DNA from: Vicugna vicugna
Taxonomy: Eukaryota
Assembly (NCBI GenBank): GCA_013265495.1
Contig: MU058289.1
Span: 1,981,451-2,045,450 of the forward strand
Direction of reading: 5' to 3'
Length of the DNA: 64,000 nt
Shown here: in pieces, positions 1-13,288 of the stretch
Numbering within the stretch: the stretch's first letter is position 1
How the letters are laid out: each line of letters opens with the position of its first letter
Position numbers and translations under genes: made by a program
Notes under the pieces: generated by a model
Seen by the model: only the letters and a program-made list of their open reading frames with translations
Database searches by the model: none
Told to the model about the DNA's origin: nothing

Positions 1-3000
1 CTCTGCCGTCTCTGTAATTATTTTTTCACTCAGTTAACTTTAATTAACCTGCCCCAGGCCTCCATGCACGGGAACACGCCTGAATGCCGGGCGGGCTCTC
101 TGGGCGATGCCGAGCAGGAGTTTCCCACGACCTCCTAGCTTTTGTGTTTGGGATGCACGCAGCGCTGAGCCGGGCTCAGTTTTGCCTCTGGAGTCGGCTT
201 CAGGGTTCCAGCTGGCCCCGACCTCACTGCAGCAGACCCTGTCGCAGAGAAAAACGGCTGCTTCCTGCCATCACTAGGGACACAGCTGCCGTAGGCTTGC
301 AGGGGGTGAAAATGGGCAGCCACGTGTCCCTGAAGGCTCAGACCCTGAAGCCCCTCGTGAGGGACCGTGGCCTCCCCAACCGTGGCTGCCCCAGGTGGGG
401 TTTTCCCTGGGCCCTGGCTCCTCATCCTGCAAAGACACAGATGAAGGAGTGCGGGCCCCAGGCCCCGGGGAAGAACGAAGACACTCTCCACACCGCCCAC
501 GGCCGACACCCTGTGTTTTCCCAGCCCCTTCCCTCAGTGATCACAGGCCCCGCATGCAGGGCCCAGGGGTCAGCCCAGAAGCAAGGCTCCAGCCATAAGG
601 AAACCCAGCTTATGCTAGCCGTGGTGTTGGCACACTTTCTGCAGACACAGCCTCCTGTGTCAGACACAACGTCAGGAGGTTGATCTGATCCAGGGTGAAC
701 TCTGGGGTCAGGACACTTCATAAGGACAGGGAGAGGGAAGGAGGAAAGAAAGGACAGCAAGTTGTTGGCCAGCATACACAGCTGCCAGGTAAAATAGCGA
801 ATAAAGTGCCACCCGATGTCGACCCAAAGACTACTGATGGAAAAAGGGGACTCAGACGCATGTGGTTTTACCATCGAATTGTTTATACAGCATCTGGCAC
901 TGCAGAAGTGACCACAGAAGAGCTGGTCAGTTCCCTCTTCTCTCTGATCTGTTACACCGTCGCCGTTCAGGCCAGGAGAGACTTCCCCATGTCCTGCAGC
1001 CACAACCTGTCCTCACTTGTTTCTGAACCTGCCCAAACCAAGCTTACCAAGTGGAGCCAGGCTCCGGCAGCCCATGTTCCTGGGAGTCAGGATGAGGACC
1101 ACATCCCCACCCCCAAATCTGGGACAGGGAAGAAAACAGCCCCAGGACCTGCATCTTCACCATGGCAGGAGCAACAACGGTTCAGGTGTCTCATTTCAGA
1201 GACTCTCCCCTTTGTTGGCCCCCAAGAGGACGTGCGCACCCTCTCCATGCCCAGGGAAGCTGGTGTTAGAGACGTGCATGGCTTCCCCTGCCCACCCCAG
1301 CCCCTCAGCCTCAGACCCCAGTCTTCCCCTGCTGGGACCCTCCTCCCAGGGTCCACTCTCACTGGAGACCATCTGACCTGCTCTCTCTCTCTGCTCTGTG
1401 CAAACAGGAATCAAAGGTTAGCATGCTCCCAACCCTGGTTTGTAATCTGGCTGGGTCTTCAATGCCCCAGGAGGGGGCCAACCTCACAGAATGTGTAGTA
1501 ACCTCCATCCTTTAAAGGGGAGGTAGATGGGAAGTCACGAACAGACCACCAGACACTCCAGACAGGATGCACATCTGATTCCCTTTGTTCCTGTGAGGGT
1601 CCTTGCGTTCAAAGTCACACATTATTTTCTAGGCAACGGGGAGATGCTGTCCAAAGATGCTGTCTCCCTCTCCTGGGAGTTGAACTGCTGCCTAGAAGAG
1701 GGCAGTATGCCCTGTCCCAGGCTGGGGCTGGGCTGCCCGGGGCCCCATGCACACATTCACAGGCCTCTGCCTCCACCTGGGACTGGTGCATCCTCACCAC
1801 TCACTGCATCACACTCAGCTCCAATCACAAGTGGAAAACCCTCCCCTACTTCCCTGCTTCCCTTCCAAGACCAACAGGCAATAAAAAAAATTCAAATAGC
1901 TGGGGGTGGAGGAGGGAGGGGTAAGGCAAGAAAAATAAACAGCCCATGGAGTTTTCACAAGGTCCTGCCCTCCTCACAATCCCTGGTCCTCCCAGCGGCT
2001 TCTCTCCCTGAGGTCCGAATGGCGTCACCAATTTTTACAGTAAGAAAGAGAAATCCAATTAATCTTGTAAACACCTCCTGGGACACAGGGCAGGGCCAAG
2101 GATTTCTCCTATTTCCTTATTTATCTGATTTAAAAATTTGCCTCTTTAGAAAATTCACTTCAGGGCACAAGCAAGGACTTGGGAATTCAGCCAAAACACA
2201 CGCACCTCCAATGGTGAAGGGCCGGCAGGCAGACGGACGGATGGTTCCAAGGGCACACTTGGCTGCGGCTGCTCCAAGGCCTGGACACTTCCTCCAGTCA
2301 CTCAGAGGGCCCCTCTGGCTGTGGGGACCCACCCCGTGCCCCACTGGAGGCAGCAGGAGGCATCCAGCCACATGCCCGTGGGTGCACCCACTTGGTGTGC
2401 AGACCCCAGGCCTGGGAAAGTTCTCTGTCCAGCCAGTCTCCTCCTCAAACCCGCAGGAACGAACAATGACGTCCCTCCCAGCTGAGGGCTCCAGGAGAAG
2501 CTGCTCATCGGGAGAGAGGCTGCTATGGCAACTTGAGGAGAATGGAGCCAGGCACTGCCGTCACCTTGAATCCGGCACCGAGCAGTCTGCCGTGGCAGCA
2601 GAGGGGGCCGTACCTCCAGCTCTGCCCCCACTGAGGCCGGCACTGAGGCTGACCTCCCTGGCTTCCTGCCTCAGCCTCCTGGCCCCAGTAACTCATTTGC
2701 ACTTTGTTGAAACAAAGCACACAACCCAGTCCCCTGAGAATACCACCTCCATCTGTTTTGTCAGACGAATTCTTCCGTGTGTGAGGCTCCTGCTCACTTC
2801 TGAGATGGGGTTCTTCTTGATTTCAGCTCATTAAAATCCTGCAGCTAATTAAACCTGCTCTAACGGCAGCGGTGGTGGCAGCAGCAAACTCTAAGACAAG
2901 TCCCTCCAGTTTTTATGCGTACACATAAAGTTACAATGCTCTGTGAGGATGATGAAGATGAGGAATGGCTGCAAGTGCTGAGGCTGAGGTGGGGCTGCAG

Positions 3001-3654
3001 ATTCCTGCCCCAACACTGACTCAGGGGAGCGCTGACCTGGGTCCTGAAATGGCCAGGGACCAGCCTTGGCACATCCAGGAGGGCATGACTGCACCCTACT
3101 CCCGGGGGATGCAATTCACTTGACATCCACTCTCCTGTTACAAAGGAGGGATTCCCTCCAAATCCTCTTGTTCTCTGCAGGGGGAGAGAAGGGACCATCA
3201 GGCAAAGGCTGAGGCATAAATCAGGCTCAAACAGCCCCAAAGCCTTGTCCCCACAGCCCCACTAGAACACCACAGCCCAGCTTCCCACCACTGCTCATCC
3301 AAAGAGGATAAGGGGAAGCTTGCAAATACAGAGATGCAGCAAGGGTTTCCTGAGAGCCTGGCCAGGGTGTCACAGGACACAAGGCCCCCCACTGCTATCA
3401 GGGGTATACCACACCATGCTATTTCTGACTTGAACTTCTCAACATTTTCAGGGCATTTTATGACAATGGGGTAAGGTATGGGGTAGTAATTCTGCAGGTA
3501 GAGAAACAGTCCCTTTTCACCCCAACTCTGGCAGAAACTGGAATAGGGACTCAGTATCTCCAATCCTGGGGGCATGTGTACCTCAGTTACAGCCCTTCCC
3601 CCACTGTGTGGAGAGCATTCACATGCCTGTCTCACACTCTTGGGGCCTCTGCTC

Positions 3655-3730
3655 ATCTTTGTATTCCCAGCACTTAGCACAGTGCCTGGCACAGGTGATC
3701 GATAAACTTTGCTGCACATTGAATGGGTAG
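3655..3730 (+). mobile_element. L2 3'-end fragment
   Basis: tattcccagcacttagcacagtgcctggcacagg...attgaatgg resembles the L2 3' terminus. Confidence 0.6.
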
Positions 3731-4087
3731 GAGTTAATAGACAGAGGAGACTGGGCCATCTGGAGAGAGGCACTCCATAAACCTGGAATTTTAAAAAGGT
3801 CATTTATGTTTCAGGGAGCTGTGGGTTTGTTTTGATCAGGTCTGGGTTGGAATTAGGCCCGACGAGGAGTCCAACCCTATGATAGAAGAAGAGACAAGGA
3901 ACTGAGCTCCACCAGGGAGTCCGATGGGACTTGACAGCTCCTAAACACCCGAGGCCTCCTTACCACCAGGATGCCACTTCTGTATCCTCACGTTGGTAGG
4001 ACGGATTTCAAATCATGGGGCTTGAAGGCTAATATACTTGTAGAGGTAAATGATGACTCTATATATACAGGTATATTAACACAGAGA

Positions 4088-4120
4088 ACACACACACACA
4101 CACACATACACACACACACA
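4088..4120 (+). repeat. (CA)n microsatellite
   Basis: Direct reading, one interruption. Confidence 0.95.
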
Positions 4121-4204
4121 AATACAAGTCATTTAGATGCTGTAAAATGGATGATTCCCAAACGTTTAAAATATAGTATGATGCCAGGAAACTCCCAAAC
4201 AAAA

Positions 4205-4512
4205 CATGGTATATCATGGATGAACCTTGAGGACATCATGCTATGTGAAACAAGCCAGTCACAATAGGACAAATGTTGTATGATCCCATGTAGTCAAATT
4301 CAGACACAGAAAGCAGAACAGTGGTTACCAGGTGCAGCAGGGGAGGGAGGAATGGGGATTATTGGTTATCAGTTTTAGTTGGGGAAGATGAAAAAAGTTC
4401 CAGTGATGCATGGTGGTAATGGCTGCACAACAATGTGAAAGTTCTTAATGCCTCTGGATTTGGTTAAAATGGTAAATTTTATATTATGTATATTTTACCA
4501 CAATAAAAAAAT
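4205..4512 (+). mobile_element. L1 3' end (L1MB-like)
   Basis: catggatgaaccttgaggacatcatgctatgtgaaacaagccagtcaca...gtggttaccagg...gatgaaaaaagttc...tattttaccacaataaaaaaa. Confidence 0.85.
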
Positions 4513-5369
4513 GAAGGCAAACTGAGCAGAAATCACTCTGATAGTTTCACTCATTCCACAGGTGACTGGATGTGGGCCCAGGAGCTAAGGAGGACAAGAA
4601 CGGTCAAGTTCATGCCTGTGTGAAACATGATTAGGACACGGAGGAACTGGGCTTATGGACCCAGGTAGCCCGAAAAAAGTGGCCAGATGTCATGCGATGG
4701 ACACTAGCCTCAGAGTAGGGAGCCCAGGTTCCCAGCTTGGTTGCCTCTCCAATTAGCTGTTGACCCTCAGGACTTGATTTTCCTAATTTTGGAATGAGTC
4801 TACATCCAAAATAGCCACTATAGGCGAGTTTCCAAGTTCCTTGCAGCTCTGATGTGAGACAAATAGGAGTCTTGGAGAACACAAAGGCACCTTGTGAATT
4901 TCATTTGCATGAGGCCACTTTTGAGCAGAGCAAGTGGCCCTCTGGAAAGGGCGTCCCTCACCCACATCTGCTGACTGTCCTTTGCCATGGATTTGGATCC
5001 CTGCTGTGCTCTGATGGACCAAAGCTGCCAAGCTGTTTTGGTCCTTTTGAGGTAACTCTGTCCTTGTTTGAGGGGGCAAAGATCCTTCCTGCAAGTGTCA
5101 AACTGGAAAATGTGTTCTCATGTTCTTTCTGATCTGCAAAGCCATGCTCCCCTGAGACTTGCCTAGTTGAGGCCAGTCTCTCCTGGGGCCAGTCTCTACT
5201 GAGGTGACCACTGATCTATGTTTGAACCCCAACACTGAGCCCAGTGCCTCTTTTAATGATAGAAATCATTTCAAGACAGAAATCGAAACAGGGCTAACGA
5301 TTTGGACCCCACTGTATCCACGGTCATCTTTGCCATTTAAAAATCTTTAATTTTTAAAGAATTTAAAAG

Positions 5370-5576
5370 GGCAATATGAGGCATCCTTGTGGTGATGGAA
5401 ATGTCCTCTATCTTGCCTGTATCAATGTGAACATTCTCATTGTGATATTGGACTGTAGTTTTACAAGATGTTACTATTGGGGGAAACAGGATAAAGGGTA
5501 TACAGTATTTCTCTGTACTACTTCTTATAACTGCATGTTAATGTTATTTCAAAATAAAAAGTTTAATTTAAAAAAT
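5370..5576 (+). mobile_element. L1 3' end (L1MC-like)
   Basis: ccttgtggtgatggaaatgtcctctatcttg...caagatgttactattggggg...aataaaaagtttaatttaaaaa. Confidence 0.8.
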
Positions 5577-6248
5577 CAAGAACTTAAAAATAAAAGCCAC
5601 TGGCCTTTCAGCTCATACATAATGGAAGCAAATTCTAATGTTGTGCACGTAAATAATAGATAACCATTTTCATGGATCAGCGCCACCCTCTCTCATATAA
5701 GAAACATTTTAAAGTTAGGGGACTATGCCTTTAACAGGAAAATTTGATGTGTTAGCAACTACTGGTTGATCTTTGTGCATTTTTCAATTGTAAATTGCAC
5801 TTTAAAAATGCAAACAATTATTAATATTGATTTGGACTAAAACAATATTGAATTTCAATATATTTCCAGCTCTTATATGAATTACCCTGTGAATATGTGG
5901 TGATTATGATAAAAGAGTATTTGCATGCTCGATTTCCTTTCAGTGAGGAACCTTGAAGAGGACTGACATGATCCACGGATAATGAACTTCACAGGGACAA
6001 AGCTGGCTCCAGAGTCCCCTGACTGGCCCTTCAACTTAGCAGCTGGGATAAACTTTCAGGGACATTTTTGTCTTTGGGCTTTATTCAGATTGATATTACA
6101 GAGCACAGGCCATGAACAACTCCTCAATCCCGGGAATGGGACTTAGTGTCACAGTGTTTAGTGGAAGGAAAGGAAAAGGAATAGACATTTGTTACATTCA
6201 TTAATGTTCCATTAACTACGTTGGATATGACATAAACATCTCATTTAG

Positions 6249-6386
6249 AAGGGGAGGGTATAGCTCAGTGGTAGAGCGCATGCTTAGCATGTACGTGGTC
6301 CTGGGTTCAATCTCCAGTACTTCCACTAAAAATAAATAAATAAACCTAATTACCCTGCCCCCAAATTAAAAAATAATTATTTAAGA
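6249..6386 (+). mobile_element. Camelid tRNA-derived SINE (Vic-1 type) with 15-bp TSD
   Basis: A box tagctcagtgg, B box ggttcaatc, (AAAT)n then A-rich tail; aaacatctcatttag duplicated at 6234-6248 and 6387-6401. Confidence 0.9.
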
Positions 6387-6448
6387 AAACATCTCATTTA
6401 GCTTTCTCATTTAGCTAATCTCCTGAAATCAAAATCTTCATCCTTATT

Positions 6449-6835
6449 TGTCACAGGCTGAGTTCTTTACAAATAGATGCTGAGATGGAGTTCGGGGTGC
6501 AAGATGCTTATCAAGGATCAACACCTGTGAAGGGCAAAGAGAGGAAGAGGAAGTGGGCAGAAGTGAAGTTGGTCAGGGATGCAGGTCCAACAAAGCCTAG
6601 ATGGGCACTCTGGAGTGAGTGTCGGCTGTCAGAGCACTCTGCAGAAATGGCTGTGCCTTCATGCCTTCACCTTACTCAGTAATTAGATGTGGGGTGCCCA
6701 GGGAAGGGTGTGACCTGGGATGAGGCAGTTTGCTGCACATCCTGAAGTTGCTAACAGCTGACCACCTGTCTCATGAGTGGTCAGTGAGTCCTTCCTGGAA
6801 GGGAATCCAGGCAACATATCTCCAAGTGCACTGCT
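6449..6835 (-). mobile_element. ERVL solo LTR, LTR16-like
   Basis: tgtc...agatgctgagatggagttcggggtgcaagatgcttat...aacacctgtgaaggg...ccagggaagggtgtgacctgggatgaggcag resembles LTR16 consensus; splits a MIR. Confidence 0.65.
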
Positions 6836-7800
6836 CTGTTTTACACAGACCCAGAGAGACTAAATATTGTCAAGGTTACACCGTAAAGAAGCCATCCCAG
6901 ATCTGTTTGAGTCGTTTCTCCCAAACAAAAGCATAGATCAGACTGTCCTGACCTTCAGTTACTGAGACACAAAGATTTGAACGTCTCCAGAGGAACATGC
7001 AGAAAGTTTGACTGCGTAAGCAGATACCTTCGTTTCACCTCTGCTAACATCCTGCAACACACACGCATGGTCTGCATGCGCATACACACACCTACTTCTT
7101 GGCAATTATCTCATTGCTAATAGTAGGTGGGGACATGAATTATTTGGGTTAAAAGTTCCCCTGACAGTACAGCCTGGAGAACAACCTCCCCCTGCCTCCC
7201 CAAGTAGAGCTGCTGGATCTTGCCAAGAGCAGCAGACGATGTATGAAGCTGCACAGCCTCCTTTTACTTTTAGAAAGCACTGAGCTATTCACATTTTCCA
7301 GCTGCTCTGACATCCACAGCCACAGCAGGGAAAATTACAGGGAGGAAAAAATTGCATATTTACCTCTCAAAATTGAAAGTTGGGGTATAATATGGACAAA
7401 AAGGAGTGTATGAGTAAACCCAGAATGCCCTGGCCCCTGGCAGGGTGCAGCTGCCTCCAAGTTGCAAACAGCAATCCATAGCCTCCAGAGGAGGAGAGAA
7501 TGGCAAGGAGGTCTGGCTTCCTTCCAGGGAATCCCTTTCCCTGTGGCTGGCACAAGGGAGCCCCAGAGGACTTGTCTTTGTGTTTCCAATTGCCAGTTAG
7601 TGCCTGGCACTGAGTAGGTAGGTACTTGGGCAATGTGTAGTGAGTGATGAGAGAGCTAATAAGAGGAGGGAGGAAGGAAAGGGATCCTTGCACACTAGGG
7701 CCAGCTGGGTCCTTTGAGTTGAGGTCATGTGGAGCCCAGCAGGTGTGCCCTGGGTGTCCTCTCTAAGCTGGCTCTAAGGCTGACCACCACATTCTTAAGG

Positions 7801-7904
7801 TTTATTTATTTATTTACTTATTTTTAATGGAGGTACTGGAGATCAAACCCAGGATCTCCTGCATACTAAGCACACACTCTACCACTGAGCTCTACCCTCC
7901 CCCC
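7801..7904 (-). mobile_element. Camelid tRNA-derived SINE
   Basis: Reverse complement reads ggggagggtagagctcagtggtagagtgtgtgcttagtatgcaggagatcctgggtttgatctccagtacctccattaaaaa followed by an (AAAT)-type tail. Confidence 0.9.
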
Positions 7905-9410
7905 AGCGACCGCCTTCTTGATCCTCACCAGTGCAGCATGATTTTCCCCAGAGTTCTCCTCAATACAGCCTGGTTTCTTGAAATCTGAGGGCTCAAGGAC
8001 TGAGAATCTGTTAGAACAATCAGTCAAGACTGTGGACTCTGTCCTGATTGTTCTGCTGAAAACTGGGTCTCTTTCAGGCCATCAGGATGGGGCCAAGGCT
8101 AGGAGTGACCTGGAAGTTCTAATGAGTGGCTATGCATGAGGTAGGAGCCTGCCTTCTCCATAAGTCTCTGCTTCATGTCTCCCTCTACTTGACCCCCCTA
8201 TATTTCAAGCCTTTTCCATCCCAGTGACCCTCAATGCCTTCTTCCTCTTTATCCACAGAGTGTCGGAAAGATAGAAATTTGGGACCACCTAACCCTCCCT
8301 CTTCTCTCTCCCGACATCCACCTCTAGACTTAGTCCCCTGTGTCCTGTCTGTCTTTTCCAGCCCCTCAGTGCAGCTGATTCAGCACTAGTGTCCTGGACA
8401 GCTCCCTGCAGTGTATTTGCTATCCTCCCCCGTTCAAAACCATTTGAAGTCCCAGTTGCCCAATGGTCCAAGTTTAAATGTCTCAGCATGTTCCACAAGG
8501 TCCATGAGTATCCAGTCTCATCTCTCACCATTCCCTGACAGCCCCCAGGCCAGGTGAGACACAAGCCAGTATGCTCCAAAGAGCCCCTGGGCTTTTCTCC
8601 AACACAGGTAACAGTGAGAGGCTAGTGCAGAGAAAAGGCCACTGGGCTTTGAGTGTCTGCTACTCAGCATTAAATCTTCTCCCTGGGAGACTTTGGCATC
8701 ATGATTTTACATCTCTGAGCTTCAGTTTTCCCAAACAGTAAGGCAGTCCTTGGTGGACTGATACCGCAAGGCTATTTGTGAAGATTCCTGCTGTGACGGG
8801 ACGCTGTCCTGGGGAGGAGGATAGAGGCTCAGGGCAAGTGGAGTGGGCTTATGGGTCCCAGTCCCTTCCCTGCAGGGTACATTCTCCCCACGGTTGGTCT
8901 CGCCTTTCTCTCCACATGGTTTTGCTAACTTCTTTCCTTCACTTGAATAACACTCATGGTGGAGAGGGGCTGTTTTAAATTCCTCTGAGCTTGCAGCCTC
9001 TTTTCTGCTGTCCTGAGTCCTGTATGTCTTCATCTCTCAGCCTCAATGACACAGGTAGGAGTGTCATAAAGGGGTTAAACCTTTACAGTCCTTGGACATG
9101 GCACTCTGTGGCATGTTTGCCAGGCTGGAGTGGTGGGCCATGGAGGTAGGCAACACCCAGTGAACTGGGAGCATCTGAAAGCAGGATGGCATCTCCACAG
9201 GTCCCAAGCTGTGCCCTTGTCCCACTCTGCATGTGAAGGGTCACTTGAGCCTTGACTTCTTACATGGTTGCTGAAAAGAGGAAGACACAGGTGCAAATAC
9301 ACATTTTTTTTGATGAGACTCAGATTGGCCAATCGCTGGCCTTCAATGGATGCTTGTTTGAAGTAGCCTGTTTCTTGAAATAACCGTATGACAGTTTTAT
9401 ATGAAAAAAA

Positions 9411-9554
9411 TTTTTAATTGAAGCATAGTCGATTTACCATGTTGTGTTAATTTCTAGTGTACAGCATAGTGATTCATATACATATATATATGTATTTCTT
9501 TTCATATTCTTTTTCATTATAAGCTATTACAAGTTATTGAATATAGTTCCCTAT
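9411..9554 (-). mobile_element. 5'-truncated L1 3'UTR
   Basis: ttttaattgaagcatagtcgatttac...gtacagcatagtgattca...attgaatatagttccct is a typical antisense L1 3' end. Confidence 0.8.
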
Positions 9555-10030
9555 GGGAAATTAATTTTAAATGACCCTCAGATTTTCCAGTTTGGAAATC
9601 TGGATTTTTAACTTGAAATTTCCTGATTCTAAAATTGGCAAGCAATGCATATTTTAAAAACTGACTTAAGCCAATAAAAACTCATGTCCAAGTTTGATTT
9701 GGTCTGAAATCCAAACTTCGCCACCTCTGCCATGAAGAACATAGCCTAAACTGGGGGAAAGCACATGACTTCTGGATAAAAATGATGCCTAAATGCTCAA
9801 TGAATTTTGTGCAAAATCAGTTGAAGGAAGAGAAGGTGTATGAGTCAGCTGCGGTGGAGAGAAGTTGCATTAGCTTCGCTGATCAGGAGCTGCTCCCTAC
9901 AGCTCTGTAACTGGATGACATTCACACAGCAACATGGGCTTCCAGCACAGGGCATCTGTCTCTGCCTGGAGGACAGTCACTGTGGTGGGACAGGGGAGTA
10001 GTGACATAGGACCTCCGCCCAGGAATGGCT

Positions 10031-10077
10031 CACACACACATACACACACACACACACATACACACACACACACACAG
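10031..10077 (+). repeat. (CA)n microsatellite, interrupted
   Basis: Direct reading. Confidence 0.95.
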
Positions 10078-10096
10078 ACTCACACTCATATGCACC

Positions 10097-10550
10097 TGTT
10101 ATGGGTTGAATTGTGTCCCTCCGCCCCTCAAATTCATATATTGACGTCCTAATCCACAATACTTCAAAATGCGATCTTACTCAGACACAGGGTCGTTGCA
10201 GAGGTAACTGACTAAGATGAGGTCACACTGGAGTAGGGTGAGCCCCTAATCTAATAGGATAAAACACCATTTTTATAAAAAGGGGAAATCTGGACACAGA
10301 CGTGCACACAGGGAGAATGCCCTGCGAGGATAAAGGCAGAGATCTACAAACCAAGGAATGCCAGAGGCTGCCAGCAATCCCCAGAAGCTAGGGGAGGGGC
10401 CTGGAGCAGATTCTCTCTCATCACCTGCAGAAGAAACCAGCCCTGCTGACACCTTGATCTCAGACATCTAGCCTCCAGAACTGGAAGACAATATTTTCCA
10501 GTTGTTTAAGACTCCCAGACTGTGGCACTTCATTATGGCAGCCTCAACAA
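10097..10550 (+). mobile_element. MaLR solo LTR (MLT1B/C-like)
   Basis: Starts tgttatgggttgaattgtgtccc; contains aagatgaggtca, ccaaggaatgcc, gacaccttgatctcagac...gcctccagaactg; ends ttatggcagcc. Confidence 0.88.
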
Positions 10551-11194
10551 AGGAAAGAGCCCTGGGGAAGAAGGCTCAGCCCTGACCTACAGGCAGCATC
10601 CTCACAGGGACACGAAGGAGCGGGGGTGCTGCCCAGAGACCAGTTCTTGCCGGGTTCAGTGGTTGCCATCAGTTGTGTGCAGTGTCAGACCAAGCATCTG
10701 ACAAGAGCCCCCTGACAACCAGAATGTGTTTGCAGGTGAGTAACAGAAAACCCAGTTTGGTGGGAATCCCGAAGTTCCACGGTGTCACCAGGACCCAGCT
10801 CCTTCCTGTGGCTCCCCTTCCCCGTCCTCAGGCAGGTTTTATCCTCAGATGTCCCCTCTGTGGTTGTACGATGGCTGAGCCACAGTCCAGCCCATGAGCA
10901 TCCTCATTAAGTCCAGCAGGAGAGAGGGAACCCTGCCCCAACCATGGAACAAAACTCTTGGACCCTAAGCCGACAGCACCTCTGGGGCTGGGGGAATGCC
11001 CTGTGCTGGTGGGTGCAGGTCTGGGTTACTGGAACCAGTGGGATGGAACTGGCCTCTCCAGAGCCAAGGAGGGGGGGCTTCCCAAACTCGAGGACCAGGA
11101 GGCAAGGCAGGGGGCGGAGGGGCAACACGGAGCTCGCCACCAAGTCCATCACTATTCTCCCCTTTGCTCCATATAAAAGCCACATAAACAACTA

Positions 11195-11330
11195 TAACAT
11201 CATTTTACAGATGAGGAAACAGGCTCAGAGAGGCTGAGTAACTTACCCAAGGCCACACTGCTAGGAAGTGGCGGAGCCAGACTTGAATTCAAGTCTAAGT
11301 TCAAAGGACGAGCTCTCCACCACCCCCTGT
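11195..11330 (-). mobile_element. MIR
   Basis: cattttacagatgaggaaacaggctcagagaggctgagtaacttacccaaggccacac is the MIR core. Confidence 0.85.
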
Positions 11331-13123
11331 TGAGTCCTGGCATTAACCGTGCCTGTTACTAAAGAAACCACATCCAAGACACACTCCAGTGCAGACCTGT
11401 GTCAGTCAGTGAGGAGGGGGTCAGGGCAGCTCTGTGCTCTCAGAAGCTCTCTCCAAGCCACACCCTGCCTGCAGCAATGGCCCACGGGCTCCCAAGCAGA
11501 TACCGGCCTCAGTGAGGGCTTAAGGGACAGTGAGAGCAAGGAAGACCCTGAGAGGGCCTGCGGCTCATATATGAATGTGTCTGTGACTACGTGCGTGCAC
11601 ACCCATGTGTCAGCGTGCATATGTGTCTCTGTGACTCCATCCTGTGGATGGAGTGTGACGGCCTGTGTATGCGTGCCTGGGTGAGCATGTGCATGAGTGG
11701 ATGTGTCCATGTGTGTGTGCACATGCGTGGGTGTTCCAGAACCTCCCATATCTCTCCCCTGTGGCCACTAGCTGGGAGCAGTCCAGCTGCAGCCCAGGCC
11801 ATTCCCAACTCTTGGTCACCAGGACAAGGACCACAGCAGCTTTCACTCCCAGGTCCACAGTGCTTCCCCATCCCCCTGCCACTGCCTGGGGTCCAGCCTC
11901 CTTCCCGGCAGGGGAGAGCAAGGCTCCCTTTTCTGCAAGGTCTGGAGGGAAGCCGGTGGGAGGGTGGGCTGGGGGTGCTCAGGGGTAGCAGCCCAGCAGG
12001 GCCTTCTGCCATCTGTGCCTCCCGCTCCACCACCCTCTGTTCCCGCTCTGCCTCAGGGTGCATCACTCTGGAGACCCCTGGGAATTGGAAGCTAATTTTC
12101 CACGATCATTAGTGATGGAAAGACCTCAGGTTCTGCCTTTAATTAAAGTCAAACGTGGGGCTGAGGAGAAACGCTGCACGCGGGCGTCCTCTTCTCAGTT
12201 GTAAAAGCCATATGCAAATAATTAGCTAGACATGGAAGCCATAATTAAAAATTTCACAGACCCCCTCATTAGCTGAGCAGTCTGTACAGAGAAGAGGGAC
12301 TGAGTTCCTTCCCCATGCTGGTGGCAGCTCCTACAGATGGTTAATTGGGGCTGGCGGGGAGAGGTGGGCTGCAGCTAGGTGAAAGTGTCCCTCTCAGTGA
12401 GTTTGCAGGACTCCTGGCCTCCCAGGGCAGCAGTAATGACCTCTCACCTCTATCTAGGAAGCTTCTAGCCAAGGACCAGGGGTCCCAGAGTGACGTGGGT
12501 GAATCCAAACATTCATCCATCCATCCCAGGGCAAGGAGAACCACAACACAGGACCCTAGTCTGAAATCATGCAGCCTCCCTGGCCCGAGCCCCATTTGTG
12601 CAGAGAGAGGATGCACTGATGGAGTGGGGAGAAGGGTCTCAGCTAGAGACTAGACTCGGACTCAGTAGACCCCTTCTCTCTCCCAGCAGCTGCATGTTCT
12701 GAGGCCCTTCAACCCCCTCCACCCCCACAGATGTCCCCAAACCTGGTGGCTCCTATGCAGGGAATGACCCACCTGAAGACTAAGGTCCCATACAGGATAC
12801 CCCTACACCCCCCAGAACCACTCTGTCAGCCCCAGCTTCAGTCAGCATCCAGGGAGCTGGGGGTGAGAGGGGAGATGGCAATCTTGCTGTTCTAGACATT
12901 CTCTGGTCCCCTCTCCTCCCAGGGCCCCAGCCTGAGCCCTCAACCTCTGCAGACATCCGGTCCACCTCATGTCCTGAATCGATCCTGCCTGGCCAGTCAC
13001 CGCAGGCATAATCTCCACATGCTCACTGACACTTTCAAATGAATATTCACTCGTCTCGATCATGGCCACTTGTTTTCCGTCGGGTCTGATCAATGGCGCT
13101 CCCTCTGAAGGAATTATGCTTAC

Positions 13124-13288
13124 CAGAGGCATTGATCGATGTCTTGGAAGCTGGCTGGCATGCATGCGCACATGATGTGTCCTCCTAGCCACGAGCCTGG
13201 ACACCGACCAGCTCACCGCACCCACAGCCCGCAGGCCAGAGTGTCTGCACCATCAAGACCCTCATTCCTTCAGTGTCGCAGGCATAAA
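13124..13288 (-). other. Candidate internal (5'UTR?) exon of the minus-strand gene
   Basis: Minus-strand acceptor tctctttttaatcgtgttcag| at 13289 and donor CTG|GTAAGC at 13124/13123; unique, CpG-retaining flanks; no transcript evidence. Confidence 0.3.

Noticed and set aside
6251..6325. tRNA gene (also at 7830, 18050, 62226, 63852)
   Set aside because: A/B boxes are present, but A-rich tails, TSDs and mismatched acceptor stems identify SINEs
9330..9730. hAT-like DNA transposon around the L1 scrap
   Set aside because: Too degenerate to identify terminal repeats or a TSD
11349..12112. Cys/His-rich ORFs
   Set aside because: Produced by a degenerate (TG)n-like tract at ~11570-11730
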